64,000 bases of DNA from Callorhinchus milii (lineage: Eukaryota), in contig NW_024704742.1 in assembly GCF_018977255.1 (NCBI RefSeq), positions 54,190,001 through 54,254,000 of the forward strand. Direction: 5' to 3'. The translations under genes were made by a program, and so were the position numbers. Below the pieces are notes generated by a model, which worked only from the letters and a program-made list of their open reading frames with translations, did not search any database and had not been told where the DNA came from. This document shows, piece by piece, positions 1-12,829 of this stretch (the first letter of the stretch is position 1; each line of letters starts with the position of its first letter).

Positions 1-669
1 ATTGATGAAGACATTTATGAAATAGGTAATTTACTTTTTTATTATTTGGTATTTGAAGCACACTACAGAGTGTTCTCTATTTGAGTTGAGTTAGGCATTG
101 TATCCAGCACATTTTTGAGATATATATGTGGTTACTCTATACAATCAGTTCCTACTAAGTTCATATTTTTCCATTGTTGTCCGTCCACCCACAAGAGGCT
201 CCAGTGCTTGTATGAATGTATTTGTTTTGTCATTTTAGACCTTTAAAATCTGCTGCCCTCTGGCTCATTGGGAATGTAAAAATCACTGGGTGGTTAATTG
301 AACTGGAGCTGATTAAAGTTTGAGTGAAATTCTATTGAAAAGTAAAGTAAAGAAAAATACAAAAACAATCTTCTGGATGCGAACTGGTAGAAAATGCTGG
401 GAAAATGCACTGCTCAGAAAGGTTGCACTTTTTAGTTCTTGTGTCTTCTATTTTCAAATAATTTTTTTTTACAATCCAGCAAATGTTGGGATCAAAAATG
501 TAAAGAGTTGCCATGGTTTTAATAAAATTGCTAACTGGGTGTTGGGCTGCCTTGCTTTCTCCCCCCAACTTATGTTCAGATTTTTAGTCCTTGACAAGAA
601 GTCTATGTATACAATCTAATAATGAATTTCTATTACTTGTTGAATGCTTTTCGGTTGCTGATTCTACGG

Positions 670-1190
670 TCCCAATCTCTCTTTCTCTTACTTATCCCTC
701 ATTGTTTCTATGACCTCATTCTGTCTTGCTGACACTCATTTGTTTCACACTGTCTCCAAGGCCTCAATCAATTCCTCTCTATTACATTTCTTGTCTCCAT
801 AATCTCAACCTTTCTTTCTCATCTCGATTTTTCTTTGTATTATTCTTGCTGATGTCTGTCTTACCCTTCCTTCCCACCTAATCTTTGCAGTTTAACACTT
901 TCATCTTTCTCTCAGATTCCACATCGCCTGCTCTCTGATCTCACTTGATGTCCGTCCATCGCTCTGCCATCTGTCCCTTGTTGTCCACATCCGTGCTCTC
1001 CATCCTAAAGTCTCCAATGTCCTTATTGTTCTATCTGCCATCACCAACTCATTCCTCAATCTCTCCCAGCAGCTTACTGTATCAATTATTCTTCCATTAC
1101 TGACACAATTCCTCACTCTATCTCTACTCCTTTGAATGTCACCCGACACTCTCCCACTTGTATTCACGGTTCTCATTTTGTCTTGCCATC
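670..1190. repeat. Pyrimidine-rich (CT-rich) low-complexity tract
   Basis: Strong C/T skew on the + strand over about 500 nt with no fixed period. Confidence 0.55.
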
Positions 1191-1784
1191 ATGCTTTATC
1201 ATATAGTAATAATATTGGCATTTGATATTGTACCTATGTGAACATATTTCAAACCTCTTCACTCAAGTGTAATCACTGTGTATTGGTACGTATATGTCAT
1301 GGTGGTTTTGCAGCCAATTTGTGCCTACCAGTTCCCACAAACCACCATGAAGTCAATAATCAGCTTATCTGGAGGATTTTTGGCCAGGGCACCAGGAAAA
1401 TGATGATGCCTCCAATGATGTAGAACTCCTCCCAGTGTGGGCCTAAACTGAGCTCAAAGACCTGTGGGGTTTGAATCCACAACATTTTGACCTAGAGACA
1501 AACCAGAATTGACACAGCTAGGCTGATAAACATCCAACCTGTGTCTTCTTCATTCTCCTACACTTTCCTGGACTCCCTTTAACAAATTCCTTCACATAGA
1601 TCAGTCACTGCTTTCATTCTTTACACAGCCTGACATGCTTATTGTTCATCCATTACTTTATCCTTCTGCTTCCTGATTCTTATGTCTTTCACTATTTTCT
1701 CCACATCTTTTTTTTCATCATCACAGTCTGTCCTCAAGCATTATTTCTGGAATCCGTCTTCCATCAGTTTCTCCATTTCCTTTA

Positions 1785-2005
1785 CACAGAGGGTTGCGTG
1801 AATGTGAAATTTTCGACGAAGAACAGTGGTTGAGGCAGAATCCATAGATTCTTTCAAAAGAAAATTTGAGAGGGATGAATTCATGGAGAAGAGAATATTA
1901 AAGGATATGGCAAGTGAGCAAGAGAGTAGGGATTACATTGTCTGATGTGGAGAAAAACGCCAGGGTGACTTGATGAGCTGAATGATTTTTTTATGCACTG
2001 TAACA
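1785..2005 (+). mobile_element. Degraded CR1-type LINE 3' end
   Basis: cacagagggttg...gtggttgaggcagaatccatagattctttcaaaag...ggatatgg...ttgatgagctgaatg resembles the CR1 3' ends at 6600-6820 and 40065-40233. Confidence 0.55.
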
Positions 2006-2819
2006 TGACATCTTGAAATAACAGTCAAAAAAAATTAGGACTCCTTCAATCATCAGCCTAATGTCTACATTAGAGTCTGACCCTCAGTACCCCTCATTGA
2101 TCCCTTTAATACCCTTTATTCCCTTTAATATTTGATACCATCGATATGTCAGTCCCGTTACTTTATCTTCAGCCAGCTTGTGTACTCGAGTAATGTTTGC
2201 ATTCCGCTTGAAATCTCTTTTGTTCTTTTTTTTATGATCATTGAAATCATTTGCACAGTAAAAAAAACAATCAATTCCTAAAGCATTACATTTTGTTTCC
2301 AATATTGTGAATGTAACAGGCCCATCTGTATGCTTTCAAATACACATTATGTTTTATTAGTAGCTTTGGAGGCATATCACATTCAATAATATGGGAATTT
2401 AAAACAAAATAAGGTACCTTCTGCAAATCAAAATATCAATTGCCTGCATTTAGAGTCTTTGCAGCTCATCTGTGATGTGGTAGCACCTCTAGTGAGAAAG
2501 GACTGCATGCGAGTTTGCTGCAGCTCTGTGAGCAACCAGTGAGGTCTCCATAGCGAAGATCTATAGTACTGATAAACTGCCTGCAAATCAGGCAAGTCAA
2601 GGTAAAAACTAGATGATGGAAACAGTAAGGATTGCGTTAACAGTGAAAGCCAGAGGATGAAATGAATTTAGTTTGATTTCCATAATTAATGAAATGTATA
2701 TACAGTTGATTTTGAAATGGAAAGTGCTGAAGGATGCCGAACTACAACATGCTACACAAGTCTATAACTTCTGCAATCATTACTTCACATCAGATCCTTC
2801 TCTGTATAACTGATACTGT

Positions 2820-3095
2820 GGAGTCCTGTAGCTCAGTGGTTAGAGCACTCGCTTCGCAAGTGCGAGACCTAGGTTCGATTCCCGGCAGGGTGAAACCTTG
2901 GGCAACTTTCCTTACTCAACACGCCTCTGTTTACCTAGCAGTAAGTAGAAACCTGGTTGTTCGTCGCTTTGCAGATTGCTTTTCCGGGGGTAATAATTCC
3001 TTAAAAATAATTGGTCACTCAATCCACGACTCTTTGTGGGACACTGCTGTGCACAATTGGCTATCGCGTTTCGCCCGCAAATTATACAGTCAATT
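2820..3095 (+). mobile_element. tRNA-Ala-derived Deu-domain SINE, long form, tail missing
   Basis: A box tagctcagtgg, B box ggttcgattcc, and Deu core tttgtgggacactgctgtgcacaattggct. Confidence 0.85.
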
Positions 3096-3791
3096 GCCTG
3101 CATGTGCATAATGTTACCAGGGATGTGATCTGTCCACGTAGTACGACTAAATTGTGGGTCGATTAAACTCATCCATGTCATAACTGGATGTTTTTGCCAG
3201 CAACATCAAGATGAGTGCAGCTTAGCATTAGAGCAAGAAAGATCCAGAAAGAAATGGAGAGTTAGACAGAGTCAGACGAAATTGAGAAAGAGACAAGAGT
3301 CAGAAAGAAAGTGACAAACAGACTCGAAGAGAAAGAGATAAACCCAAATAATCTGACAAATAAAGAGCCAGAGGGAGAAAGTGGGAAGAGGAAAGGGTTG
3401 GCATAATGTACTATAGTTGCAGGATAACTTTTAATAGAAAATGTTAATTAACACTGTAGCCGGTTTGTATTTTAAGTGATGACCAATTATCCGCACAGTT
3501 TGCTTATTCACAATGGGATTGGATCCAATTAGTGTGTTTAAACGGGTTTCTAGCGCTAAGTGCTTATGTTTTGTCTACAAATAATTTTCACTAATTATGT
3601 TATATTTAATGGAGAATTATAGACATAGAATAATTTAAAATGGATTGAAGTAAAAACACTCCCCATAATTATATGATGGCTGTCACTGATCTTATTGTTC
3701 ATGTGTCACATATATAACATGGAATAAGTGCTTAGTTGAATGTTTAATTTACTGTGCAATTACAAAGAGCACCCATAAATAATACTGTAGT

Positions 3792-4042
3792 TAATAATAA
3801 TAATCCTTAGATTTGATATAGTGCTTTTCACATCTTCTAGACGTCTCAAAATGTTTCACAGAATATACTGTAAAGTGAATTGACTGTATATTTGTGGGCG
3901 AAAAGCGGCAGCCAATTGCATACAGCAGTGTCCCACAAACAGTCGTGGATTGAAACTTGCTCAACATTTTGCCCTGCCAGGAATCAAACCCAGGTCTCCC
4001 GCTTGCAAGGTGAGTGCTCTAACCACTGAGCTACAGGACTCC
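3792..4042 (-). mobile_element. tRNA-Ala/Deu SINE with internal deletion
   Basis: Reverse complement of the same head, Deu core and (TTA)n tail. Confidence 0.85.
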
Positions 4043-4174
4043 AGACTATATGAAATCATGTGAGAAGGTGGAATCAGTTTGTACAGTATCTCCTTGCAAC
4101 TAGCAAAGTTGCAGACTGAAATCCAGTCAGTTTTAATTTCAGAGCATGCTTACAATTCTGAAATAAAATATATA

Positions 4175-4342
4175 CAGTCAAACCTGTTCAAGCAACCACC
4201 TCCATTCAGCAACAACCCCCAGGTAACCACCACCCAGGAACAGCTCGGACAGCCCGGTTTACAAACCCTTACTCAGAGGTCACCCTTATATAAAGGTTAC
4301 TTTGCACAGTCCCTGAATGGTTATTGAATACAGATTTGAGTG
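4175..4342. mobile_element. Tc1/mariner (Tigger/pogo-like) MITE, short internally deleted copy
   Basis: TA|CAGTCAAACCTGT at the left end and degenerate inverted ACAGATTTGAGTG at the right end. Both halves align to the two ends of 13373-14165. Confidence 0.7.
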
Positions 4343-5814
4343 ATTAAATCATCTTGGGGTCTATGAAAATGGTTTTATTTAGTCACCAATTCACAAAAGA
4401 GCCTTCTGATAAGACTGAAAGATCCTTAAAGGAAAATGGAGTGAAGTTTAGTGCAGGTGAAAAGACCAACAGGTGGTGCCACGGTGTGAGATATTGTGAT
4501 ACTGAAGATGTTCTAGTTTTTGATGGGGGGAATAAACATCCCCCGACTTGCTCTGGCTCAAAAGACATTTGCTCCAGCTATTTAGCCCTCGCCTTTGAAT
4601 GTGACATAAGTATGTTTTACATTTCAGTTTGTTTAAGCATTGATGCAGACAAAAAAGAATAGGGTTAAACTAAAACTGATGGATTTAATATTAACTGTAC
4701 TTCAAAGTTAAAATAAGGTTCTTACTTTTAAATACTTTGTTCCTCTGCGCCTTTGCCATTATTAAAAAAGAATCAAGTGAACACCTGAGGAATTGAGACT
4801 GACATATAATGAGCTTTACTGCTAATGGTTTGGTAATGTTGATGCTTGTTTTTAAGTAGCACAAAGTGCACATTAAGCACTTTGTGTACACTTCAATATC
4901 CACTACCAATTACATTATATCTAAATGGGGACTTTAGGCTCTCATTAATTACACTTTTACTACAGTTATACTACTCCCAATTTTGTTTCATTATTATCTC
5001 TAAATGTCATCAATGCTGAAGTTTCATTTTCAGTCTTGGAAGTTTTTGATAGCTAACACAACGCATAATGCCACAACACAACAAGGAATTTAGGGAACAG
5101 ACACTTTTATCTCCAAATATCAAGCATGTCCTTGACTTTTCAAATGCTATTGATGGGAGGAACATGGCTTGATAAATCAATGGCAGTGTCAAACAAGGAG
5201 CCTCAATTACTGAACAAAATCCTGTCATTGAGGCTTGCATTCAATATTTGTTTTAATTCCTGAAAGTGGAGTATGAGAGGAGTTCATGTCAGAATAGAAG
5301 AGTTTTTAAAAAATAAATTTAGTGCACCCAAATTATTTTCCTATTTTTCTCCCAACTGGCATTGCCTCTCTGCTGCTGGTCTAGCTCTTCTTGCTGAGGT
5401 GTAGTTTTACAGGCTCCAGTTGTCCTCCAGTACAACACCCAAATAACTATTGTTCATGTGTGAGCCTTGGTAGTATGTGTCGGCAAGCAGCTTTGAGGAT
5501 AGAGATATTGAACACCTCTCACATCAATCTGATGTGTTGGTATAACTTGGAGAGGGTACTAGAAAACTGAAATAGTAGGACTCCGTGAGATTAAAATTAC
5601 ATTATTAAAATAAATATACCTTACAAAGGTAAGTGCTATGATGGTAGTTTTCTCCCCTTTAATGGATGGATGGGGAAAGTACAGAAAGCATTTATCTAGC
5701 CTTTGCTAGTTTTCTCCTTTGTAGACTTTAGTGTCAGATGAATAGCAGATTACTGAGCTGGACATCTTATGCTGTTTTGTTCAGTAGAGATGAGAGAAGG
5801 GAGAATATATATTG

Positions 5815-6820
5815 AATAGCAGTAACTTGCAAAGAGCAGAGGAACAAAGGGAGGCCAGGTACATAAATGCTTGAAAGTGGCAGCACAATTGTGAAGAGCT
5901 GTGATAAAAGCTAATGCTATTATTCTTGGTTGTATACATAGGGACATAGAGTACAAATGTAAGGCAATAATACAAAATTTGTACAAAGCATTGGTTAGGT
6001 CACAGCTGGACTACTGTGTTCAGTTTGGGCATCTTACTTCAGGAATGATGTTAAAGCCTTGAACGTGATTCAGAGGAGCTTTGTGAGAATCATATTGGGG
6101 ATGAGGGCTAATATGAAGTGAGATTGAAAGGCTGGATGCGTTTTCAATGGAACAGAGAAGGGTGAGAGCGGACCTGATATAGGTGTATAAAATTATCAGG
6201 TGCTTTGACAGGGTAAAAAGGGAGAAGCTATATCCACTGGTAGAGGGGTCGGTGATTAGAGGACATATAATCCTTGCATTTGATATAGCGCTTTTCACAT
6301 CTTCTAGATGTCTCAAAGCACTTCACAGAATATACTGTAAAGTGAATTGACTGTATATTTTGTGGGCGAAACGCGACAGCCAATTGTGCACAGCAGTGTC
6401 CCCCAACAGTCGTGGATTGAGTGACCAAATTATTATTGCTTTTTTATTGAGGGATTATTATAAGGCATGTCGGGTAAGGAAACTCGCGCAAGATTTCGCC
6501 CTGCTGGCAATCTAACCCAGGTCTCTCGCTTGCGAGGCAAGTGCTCTAACCACTGAGCTACTTGACATAGAAGTAAGATAGCCACAATGAGTGAAAGAAG
6601 AGTTTACGAGATGTTTTTCACACAAAATTGGTGGAGCATATAAATCTCTGCCAAGTAAAGTGGTAGACGCAGGGTTGTGGATTTCAAGAGAGAAGTACAT
6701 GCAAGATAAGGGCTTGGAAGAGATATGGGGATTGGGCGCGAATTGAATGAACACCTTTCTCTGAGGGGTAGTGCAGTCTTAAGATGCCGAATGCCCTCTA
6801 TCTGCACTGTAAATTTCTAT
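5815..6820 (+). mobile_element. CR1 LINE 3' fragment (end of ORF2 plus 3' UTR), interrupted by a SINE
   Basis: Encodes a LYKALVRSQLDYCVQFG-like ORF2 tail and ends in gccgaatgccctctatctgcactgtaaatttctat. Confidence 0.85.
6268..6563 (-). mobile_element. tRNA-Ala/Deu SINE, short form, inserted into CR1 with GACATA target-site duplication
   Basis: GACATA at 6262-6267 and 6564-6569. CR1 sequence continues on both sides. Confidence 0.85.
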
Positions 6821-7669
6821 TGTTGGTAAATTTGCAGATTGCAGTGTTCCTAACTTGACTTTCTTAATATCTAGCAGCCTGATAATTGGGTGCGATACAC
6901 CAGTATATATGTATATATTTACAGTATATGCTATACGTGTAAATGAACCAACCACAGAGCCTTTTAATCAACAGAGGTAGACATTTTAAACCAAAATGAC
7001 TTGTTTTACATATGCATTATTCCTACTTAGGTTACTTCGTAGAACTATAGAATGTTACAGGGCCGAACCAGGAGACTTAATCCATCCAACCTCCACTGAT
7101 GACTTGTATCACAATTTATTATTAATGTTATAGCTGGATTGCCAATCGGAGCTTCTCTTTAAATGTTGTAAAACTATATATTAGATTTTGATAATCATTC
7201 TGCCAACAATTGTTTGTCTACAAGTACATAGTCACTAAACTTTACAGTAAAATCATTTGAGTGCTTTGAGACATTGTGATGACCTGATAAGGTGTTGCAT
7301 CACATGTAAGAATTCTTAACAATTATTCACTTGTACTCTTGTGACCTTCATTATTACTGTACTGAATCATAAAATTCCAGCTGATTTATTCTGAATTGCA
7401 GTTACTCCCACTAGAAGGAAAATTAATAAACCTTTTTCCTTCTATTTGCGTTTTTCATATTAATGTCACCCACTTGAAGTTGATTTCATTATACTGTTAG
7501 TGGTATCTAATCTTTTTTATTATATAAATTGTTCAATGAGATTAACTGCATGAGACAATTAACTGTGAAATTAAATTGTTTACCATTAAATTAAGCAGCA
7601 TATATCAGACTGGATTCAAACATTACAGAAAGAAAGAAAAACTGCTAAAATGATCACTTACCGCAATTT

Positions 7670-8045
7670 TACATTTATTTAACACCTTTCACTTCGGGAG
7701 GAATTCTCAAAGCACTTGACAGAGTCCAAGTTAGCTGTGGGAAAAGCTGAGGAAGGTGGAGGGGAAAGATAACCAAAAGTGGGGTCGAAAAGAAAGGTCT
7801 TCAGGCGGGTATTAAAGGTGGGGATGAAGTGGGGGCATGGGGTGTGTCTCCCAAGTTGGATTTGCAGAGACAAAAGAAGAACGGCTGAAAACTCAGTAGT
7901 GGGAGATAAAACAGGCTGTTGTTCGCTGAGTGGAGGGAGTGGTGTAGAGGTAAGGGTACAGTAGGCAACAGAGGTGAGACAAAGCCATGGATGGAATTAA
8001 ACGCGAGTTTGCTGGTGATTGGGAAGCCAATGGAGCTAAGCGAAG
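7670..8045 (-). mobile_element. L2 LINE 3' fragment
   Basis: Minus-strand translation includes FNTRLKTFLFD, followed by the L2 tail stem-loop. Confidence 0.75.
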
Positions 8046-8122
8046 TTGGGATGATAGAAGTTGAGAAGCTACATACACATATAAATCCTCCCAAATAGCC
8101 ATTATTGGTGTGTATTGATTTG

Positions 8123-8740
8123 TCAGCCTGGCTCAGTTGGCAGCACTCTCGGCTCTGAATCAGAAGCTTGTGGGTTTATGCCCATGTTGGGACCTTGAGC
8201 TCATAGTTTAGGCTGTGCCTCCAAGTGCAGTGATGGCAATATTAAATTGTATTTGCTAACCCCTAGCTTGGGGTTAGCAAGCCAGTAAACCTTTCCCACC
8301 CTGAGCTTGGGCTCCGTGAAGCGCTTTGAGAGTTCCTCCCAAAGTGAAAGGTGCTAAATAAATGTAAAATAGTTGTAAATGATTGTTTTAACAGTTTTTT
8401 TTTCTTTCTGTAATGTTTGAATTCAGTCTGATATATCTTGCTTAATTTAATGGTAAACAATTTAATTACGTCAGTGAAACATTAAACGAGTGTCCTGTCT
8501 ATCCGTTTAGGTGGATGTTAAATCCCATGGCTCTATTCGAAAAGAGTTATTTCCCAGTTTTGGGCAATAATCCCCAAGATCAAGTTGGTTTTCCACTTCA
8601 TGGCTGCTTGTGGTACATTGCTATGTGCAAATTGGCTGCTATGTTTGCCTGCGCAATATATAGGCACAACACCTTGCAGTATATCCTGTGAAGTGCTTTG
8701 AAATGTCTTCCTGGCATGAAAGACGCTGAATCAAAAATGT
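8123..8740 (+). mobile_element. Older SacSINE1-like Deu SINE, fragmented
   Basis: Different tRNA-like head (gtcagcctggctcagttggcagcactctc...), then ggtggatgttaaatcccatggc, a Deu core and a tail. Confidence 0.65.
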
Positions 8741-9541
8741 AATAAGTAAATAAGTTTATACTGCCATAATTCTGCTTAAGGATAATGACGAGAAATATCT
8801 GATAAGATTAAAACATAAAACACAAGGTATTGACCTGCAGTACGTGCACTGGTTTAAACATCAGAGCAAAAAGACTGTGGCCATTCGTGGATGTGATGCT
8901 AATTACCTACCAATCTTATATCCAGTTCCCAGAGGAAGGTCCTCATCACCTTTTCACAATCGTGTCAGGCACACATGAGGCATTGAGCTGCCCAGCAGCA
9001 ACCTCATCACAATAAAATTACTGTCTAAAAATAATTGACTTCTCCCCCTCCATCACGGTAAGCAAAACGTCACAAGTAATGAGCAACTGAAGGATCAAGT
9101 TGTTATCGCAGTAATGAAGACTACTTCAGATATGGCACATGCATGATTACCCCAGTTAAACCAGACCATCTGAGGGCACGCTGCTATAAACAGGTTATTT
9201 TTGTGTTGCTGATGAACTATAATTGGCAGTAAAGAACTTCAGAGGGAAGTGTTATTCCTATTAATCATAGTAATATTTCTTCAGAGTAATTGTGGTCTTA
9301 AGTGTGCCGTCCCTAGCACAAATGTTTGCCGTGTTTCCCTGTAACTTCAATTGACTTGTCACTCGTCTGTGAATCGTTTTGAGAACTTTTCAACATGTCA
9401 AACACTGCAAGCTTCATTTTATTCTGTAAAGGAGGACAAAGGCTTCATATTGTAAAATACAAGTATATTGTCAAGAGAACCTATCAACAGACAGATACAC
9501 AAATCCCCCATATGAATCCTATAAAGATTCTGATGATTTTT

Positions 9542-9851
9542 GGAGTCCTGTAGCTCAGTGGTTAGAGCACTCGCTTTGCAAGTGAGAGACCTGAGTTCGA
9601 TTCCCGGCAGGGCGAAACCTTGGGCAAGTTTCCTTACTCCACACGCCTGATAATAATCCCTCAAGAAAAAAAACACTAATAAATTGGTAATTTCAATCCA
9701 TGACTGTTTGTGGAACACTGCTGTGCGCAATTGGCTGCTGCATTTCGCCCACAAATATCCAGTCAATTCACTTTACAGTCTAATCTGATGCGCTTTGAGA
9801 AGTCTAGAAGATGTGAAAAGAACTGTATCAAATGCAAGAATTATTATTATT
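9542..9851 (+). mobile_element. Full-length tRNA-Ala/Deu SINE, short form
   Basis: Head with anticodon arm ctcgc-tt-TGC-aa-gtgag, Deu core and (TTA)n tail. Confidence 0.9.
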
Positions 9852-11611
9852 GTACTATATTTTCTACTGTGTTTAGTGAGCAATATTTTCTTTGTTCATA
9901 ATTAGCCATATGAAAGCACACCTTAGAGAACCCATTTTCTGATGTGCACAATGTACATTGGTCATCTCTGGCTCTGGATGTTCTCATAAATCTAGGGAAG
10001 GTCATGATATAGTAGTTGGCACTGCGGCAAATACTTCTAGCTTGCATCCAATTTGCAATGTTTCAATTCACAGAGGTGCAGCAGAATTCTTAGCCTTCAC
10101 ACATCACACTTTTTGATCATTTGTTTTTCATCAACAGAGTTAAAAGATTCCCATTTCTCTTTAAGAACTGTGGAAAATTGGCTTTTCTGTTATAACTGTA
10201 TACTGTATATGAATAGATATATATATATATATATTGTTGTGTTGTATGTGTGTATACACAGATATACAAAAGACTGGGTCTCTTACATTGATTTGCATTC
10301 CTTTCTGTGCACAAACTACAACATGAATGGTAAATTGGGCTTAGTTTTCTTCACAATTTAAATCAAAGTCTGTTTCCTGCAGATACCTAATGTGTATTCA
10401 GATGCATTTTCAGTCAGCTAAAGGTTAAATCTCAGTGAGATCCATTTTATGCAAGGTACCCAGGTTTTCGCTTATGTCTGCAGTTTTTTCTCCACTTTGC
10501 GGACAGAATTGCACATTCAAAGATAGAACTTACAAGGGTATTTATTTGATCAGATTGGATATCCTTAATGGTTTGCTGGATATATATTCCAATATTTTTA
10601 TATTTGCTTCCTGCTTAGAGCCCAATGAATTGTGAGCCATGTTTCTGATCTTTTGAATTCCTTATGATTCTACCTTAGATTTCTTCATTGCACACAGTTC
10701 TATAAAACTCCTTGTCTTTCAGCTGAAAACAAGAACATATTTTGAAAGTCAAAAAGGCCACATAATGGTCAACTGAGCACTTTGGGGCACACTCTCAATG
10801 TGAAAGATGTACATTTATGTTGTATTGTAACCTGACACAATGTTTAGGATCAGCAGGGATGTTCAGTGTTCCTATTCCTATTTTCTGGTACAGCAGGATT
10901 TCTGTAAGAATGAATCAATAAAAGAAATGTAGCCAAACCTCCATAACATAATACAAAGTCTCCATGTCAGAATTGTCTTTCGTAAACCATTATTTTCATA
11001 ATCATTTCAGCTGCTCCAGGCTTCCTCCAATTTGTCGGTAGAGGCCGTACTGATAAAGCTTTAAGCTATCTTACTGCAGTTTATGATCTTTGTATGAAAA
11101 TCATATCTGGAGGCTAAAATAGAGTTGGGGGAAAAAATGATTACATTTTATGAGATGTAATGTGCTTGGCCCTCGAATGACCATAAATAATGCACTGCAC
11201 ATAAATGACGAATAAAAGTACCTTTCCAAGGTATTGTTGAGATTTGCTTAAGCCCGCTCATGGTAAGCGTTTATATCAACACGCAAATTAAAACTCACAA
11301 AGGTGTTTCCTGGATTCCTCTGCATTTACTTGCATTGTATTGCTGTATTATTCAGCATTTTGTTTTATCAGTCAGCATTTTAATGTTTCCAGCTGATTTA
11401 TTTTCTCACCAAAGGTGACCATTTCAGGCTAAAATGTAAAAGTCAGCTATATTTTGATTCAGATTGGGAGAATTTTGTGATATCTGTACCCACTGTTTAC
11501 TGCAAAACAAGATGAAAGCTTTCTTTTTAGTGTGAGTGGTTAAAGAAACAAAAAAAGGCTTTACCTACTTTGTTAGTTCACCTTGTTGTACACTGTGGGA
11601 TACACTGTTGT

Positions 11612-11632
11612 TTCCTTGACAACGCCTGTAAG
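11612..11632 (+). promoter_or_regulatory. U12-type branch point (TTCCTTGAC) and 3' splice site of the intron preceding the TUSC3 exon
   Basis: TTCCTTGAC at 11612-11620 fits the U12 branch consensus TTCCTTRAC. The branch A is 13 nt from the intron end, and the intervening aacgcctgtaag has no polypyrimidine tract. Confidence 0.8.
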
Positions 11633-11707
11633 ATGCTGCGATCACCATGGGAATGGTTCTTCTAAATGAAGCTGCAACATCCAAAGGCGACGTGGGCAAA
11701 AGAAGAA
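11633..11707 (+). CDS. TUSC3: Internal coding exon of TUSC3 (oligosaccharyltransferase OST3/OST6-family subunit), phase 1 to phase 1, 75 nt
   Basis: AG at 11631-11632 and GTAAGT donor at 11708. Reads (N)AAITMGMVLLNEAATSKGDVGKRR(I), which matches the C-terminal region of vertebrate TUSC3 as I recall it. The paralogue MAGT1 reads differently here (approx. [24 protein letters not shown]). Confidence 0.95.
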
Positions 11708-12370
11708 GTAAGTTGTATTAATAGTTTTATGTCCCAGGACTTCATTGACACTGTGTTTCACCTTTGGAACGGGCAAAACATTTCAAGTGGCAAACTATTA
11801 CATGGAGAGTGGAATTAATCGCTCCCAAGATTGGAAGACAGTATCTGTCTGGTCCCAAAGTTATCTTAAGGTAATCAAATTTAAAATGCAACATTGTCTT
11901 TATTCCTGCTGGTTAACTCTTTAATAGTTCTTTGACAGACTAAATCATATCTGTTACAGAGATCATTCTAGGTTTCTTTTTAAACAGTTTGAGCAGGTAG
12001 GTACAATTTTACAACTGTGTACACATTAGAGTCAATATCGGATGTGGTTAAGACTTCAAGGGAGCCTGCTTTCATAATGCAAGTATTGAGGAGGGAAAAC
12101 ACCAGAAGGATTGGGCATCCTTTTCTTCCCTTTGCTTATACTTGCAAGTGTTGTGATATTGCAGTTCAGTGTGTTGTACATCACAATCTTTTGTAAATAA
12201 ATAGATATACTTTGCCATTTTTTTGTCATGAAAATGTTGCTCCTTTAAAAATCAACCGTTGATTTCTCTAAGCATTTTTCAGGAGAGACAATATGTATCG
12301 TGCTTGAAACAATCCAAATTATTTCCAAATTTAGTACAATTGCCTTATTAACTGACAATTCTGCCCAGTA

Positions 12371-12689
12371 TAATAATAATAATAATCCTTGCATTTGATA
12401 CAGCGCTTTTCACGTCTTCTAGATGTCTCAAAGTGCTCCACAGAATGTACTGTAAAGTGAATTGACTGTATATTTGTGGGCAAAATGCGGCAGCCAATTG
12501 CGTACAGCAGCGGCCCATAAACAGTTGTGGATTGATGTGATCAATTTATTATTGGGTTTTTTTTTCTTGAGGGATTATTATCAGATGTGTGGAGTAAGGA
12601 AATTTGCCCAAGGTTTCACCCTCTCGGGAATTGAACGCAGGTCTCCCGCTTGTGAGGTGAGTGCTCTAACCAATGAGCTGCAGGACTCC
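12371..12689 (-). mobile_element. Full-length tRNA-Ala/Deu SINE, short form
   Basis: Collinear reverse complement of 9542-9851. Confidence 0.9.
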
Positions 12690-12829
12690 ACATATAGTAT
12701 TTAGAGAGTGATTGAAGCAAAATAACAGGAAGCATTAAGGACACCAGTTGGGTTTTTGCTTTTGAAGCATCTGACAGTGTTGAATTAATGTAGAGCTTTT
12801 TTTAATCCAGGGATAAACATCTACAATAT

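Noticed and set aside
2734..3111. Recurrent similar ORFs (VVRALASQ..., GTLLCAIG..., CKDYYYY)
   Set aside because: These are translations of SINE copies, not a gene family.
11633..11707. Assignment of the exon to MAGT1 or to a processed pseudogene
   Set aside because: The residues match TUSC3, and splice signals flank both ends with no adjacent exon sequence fused.
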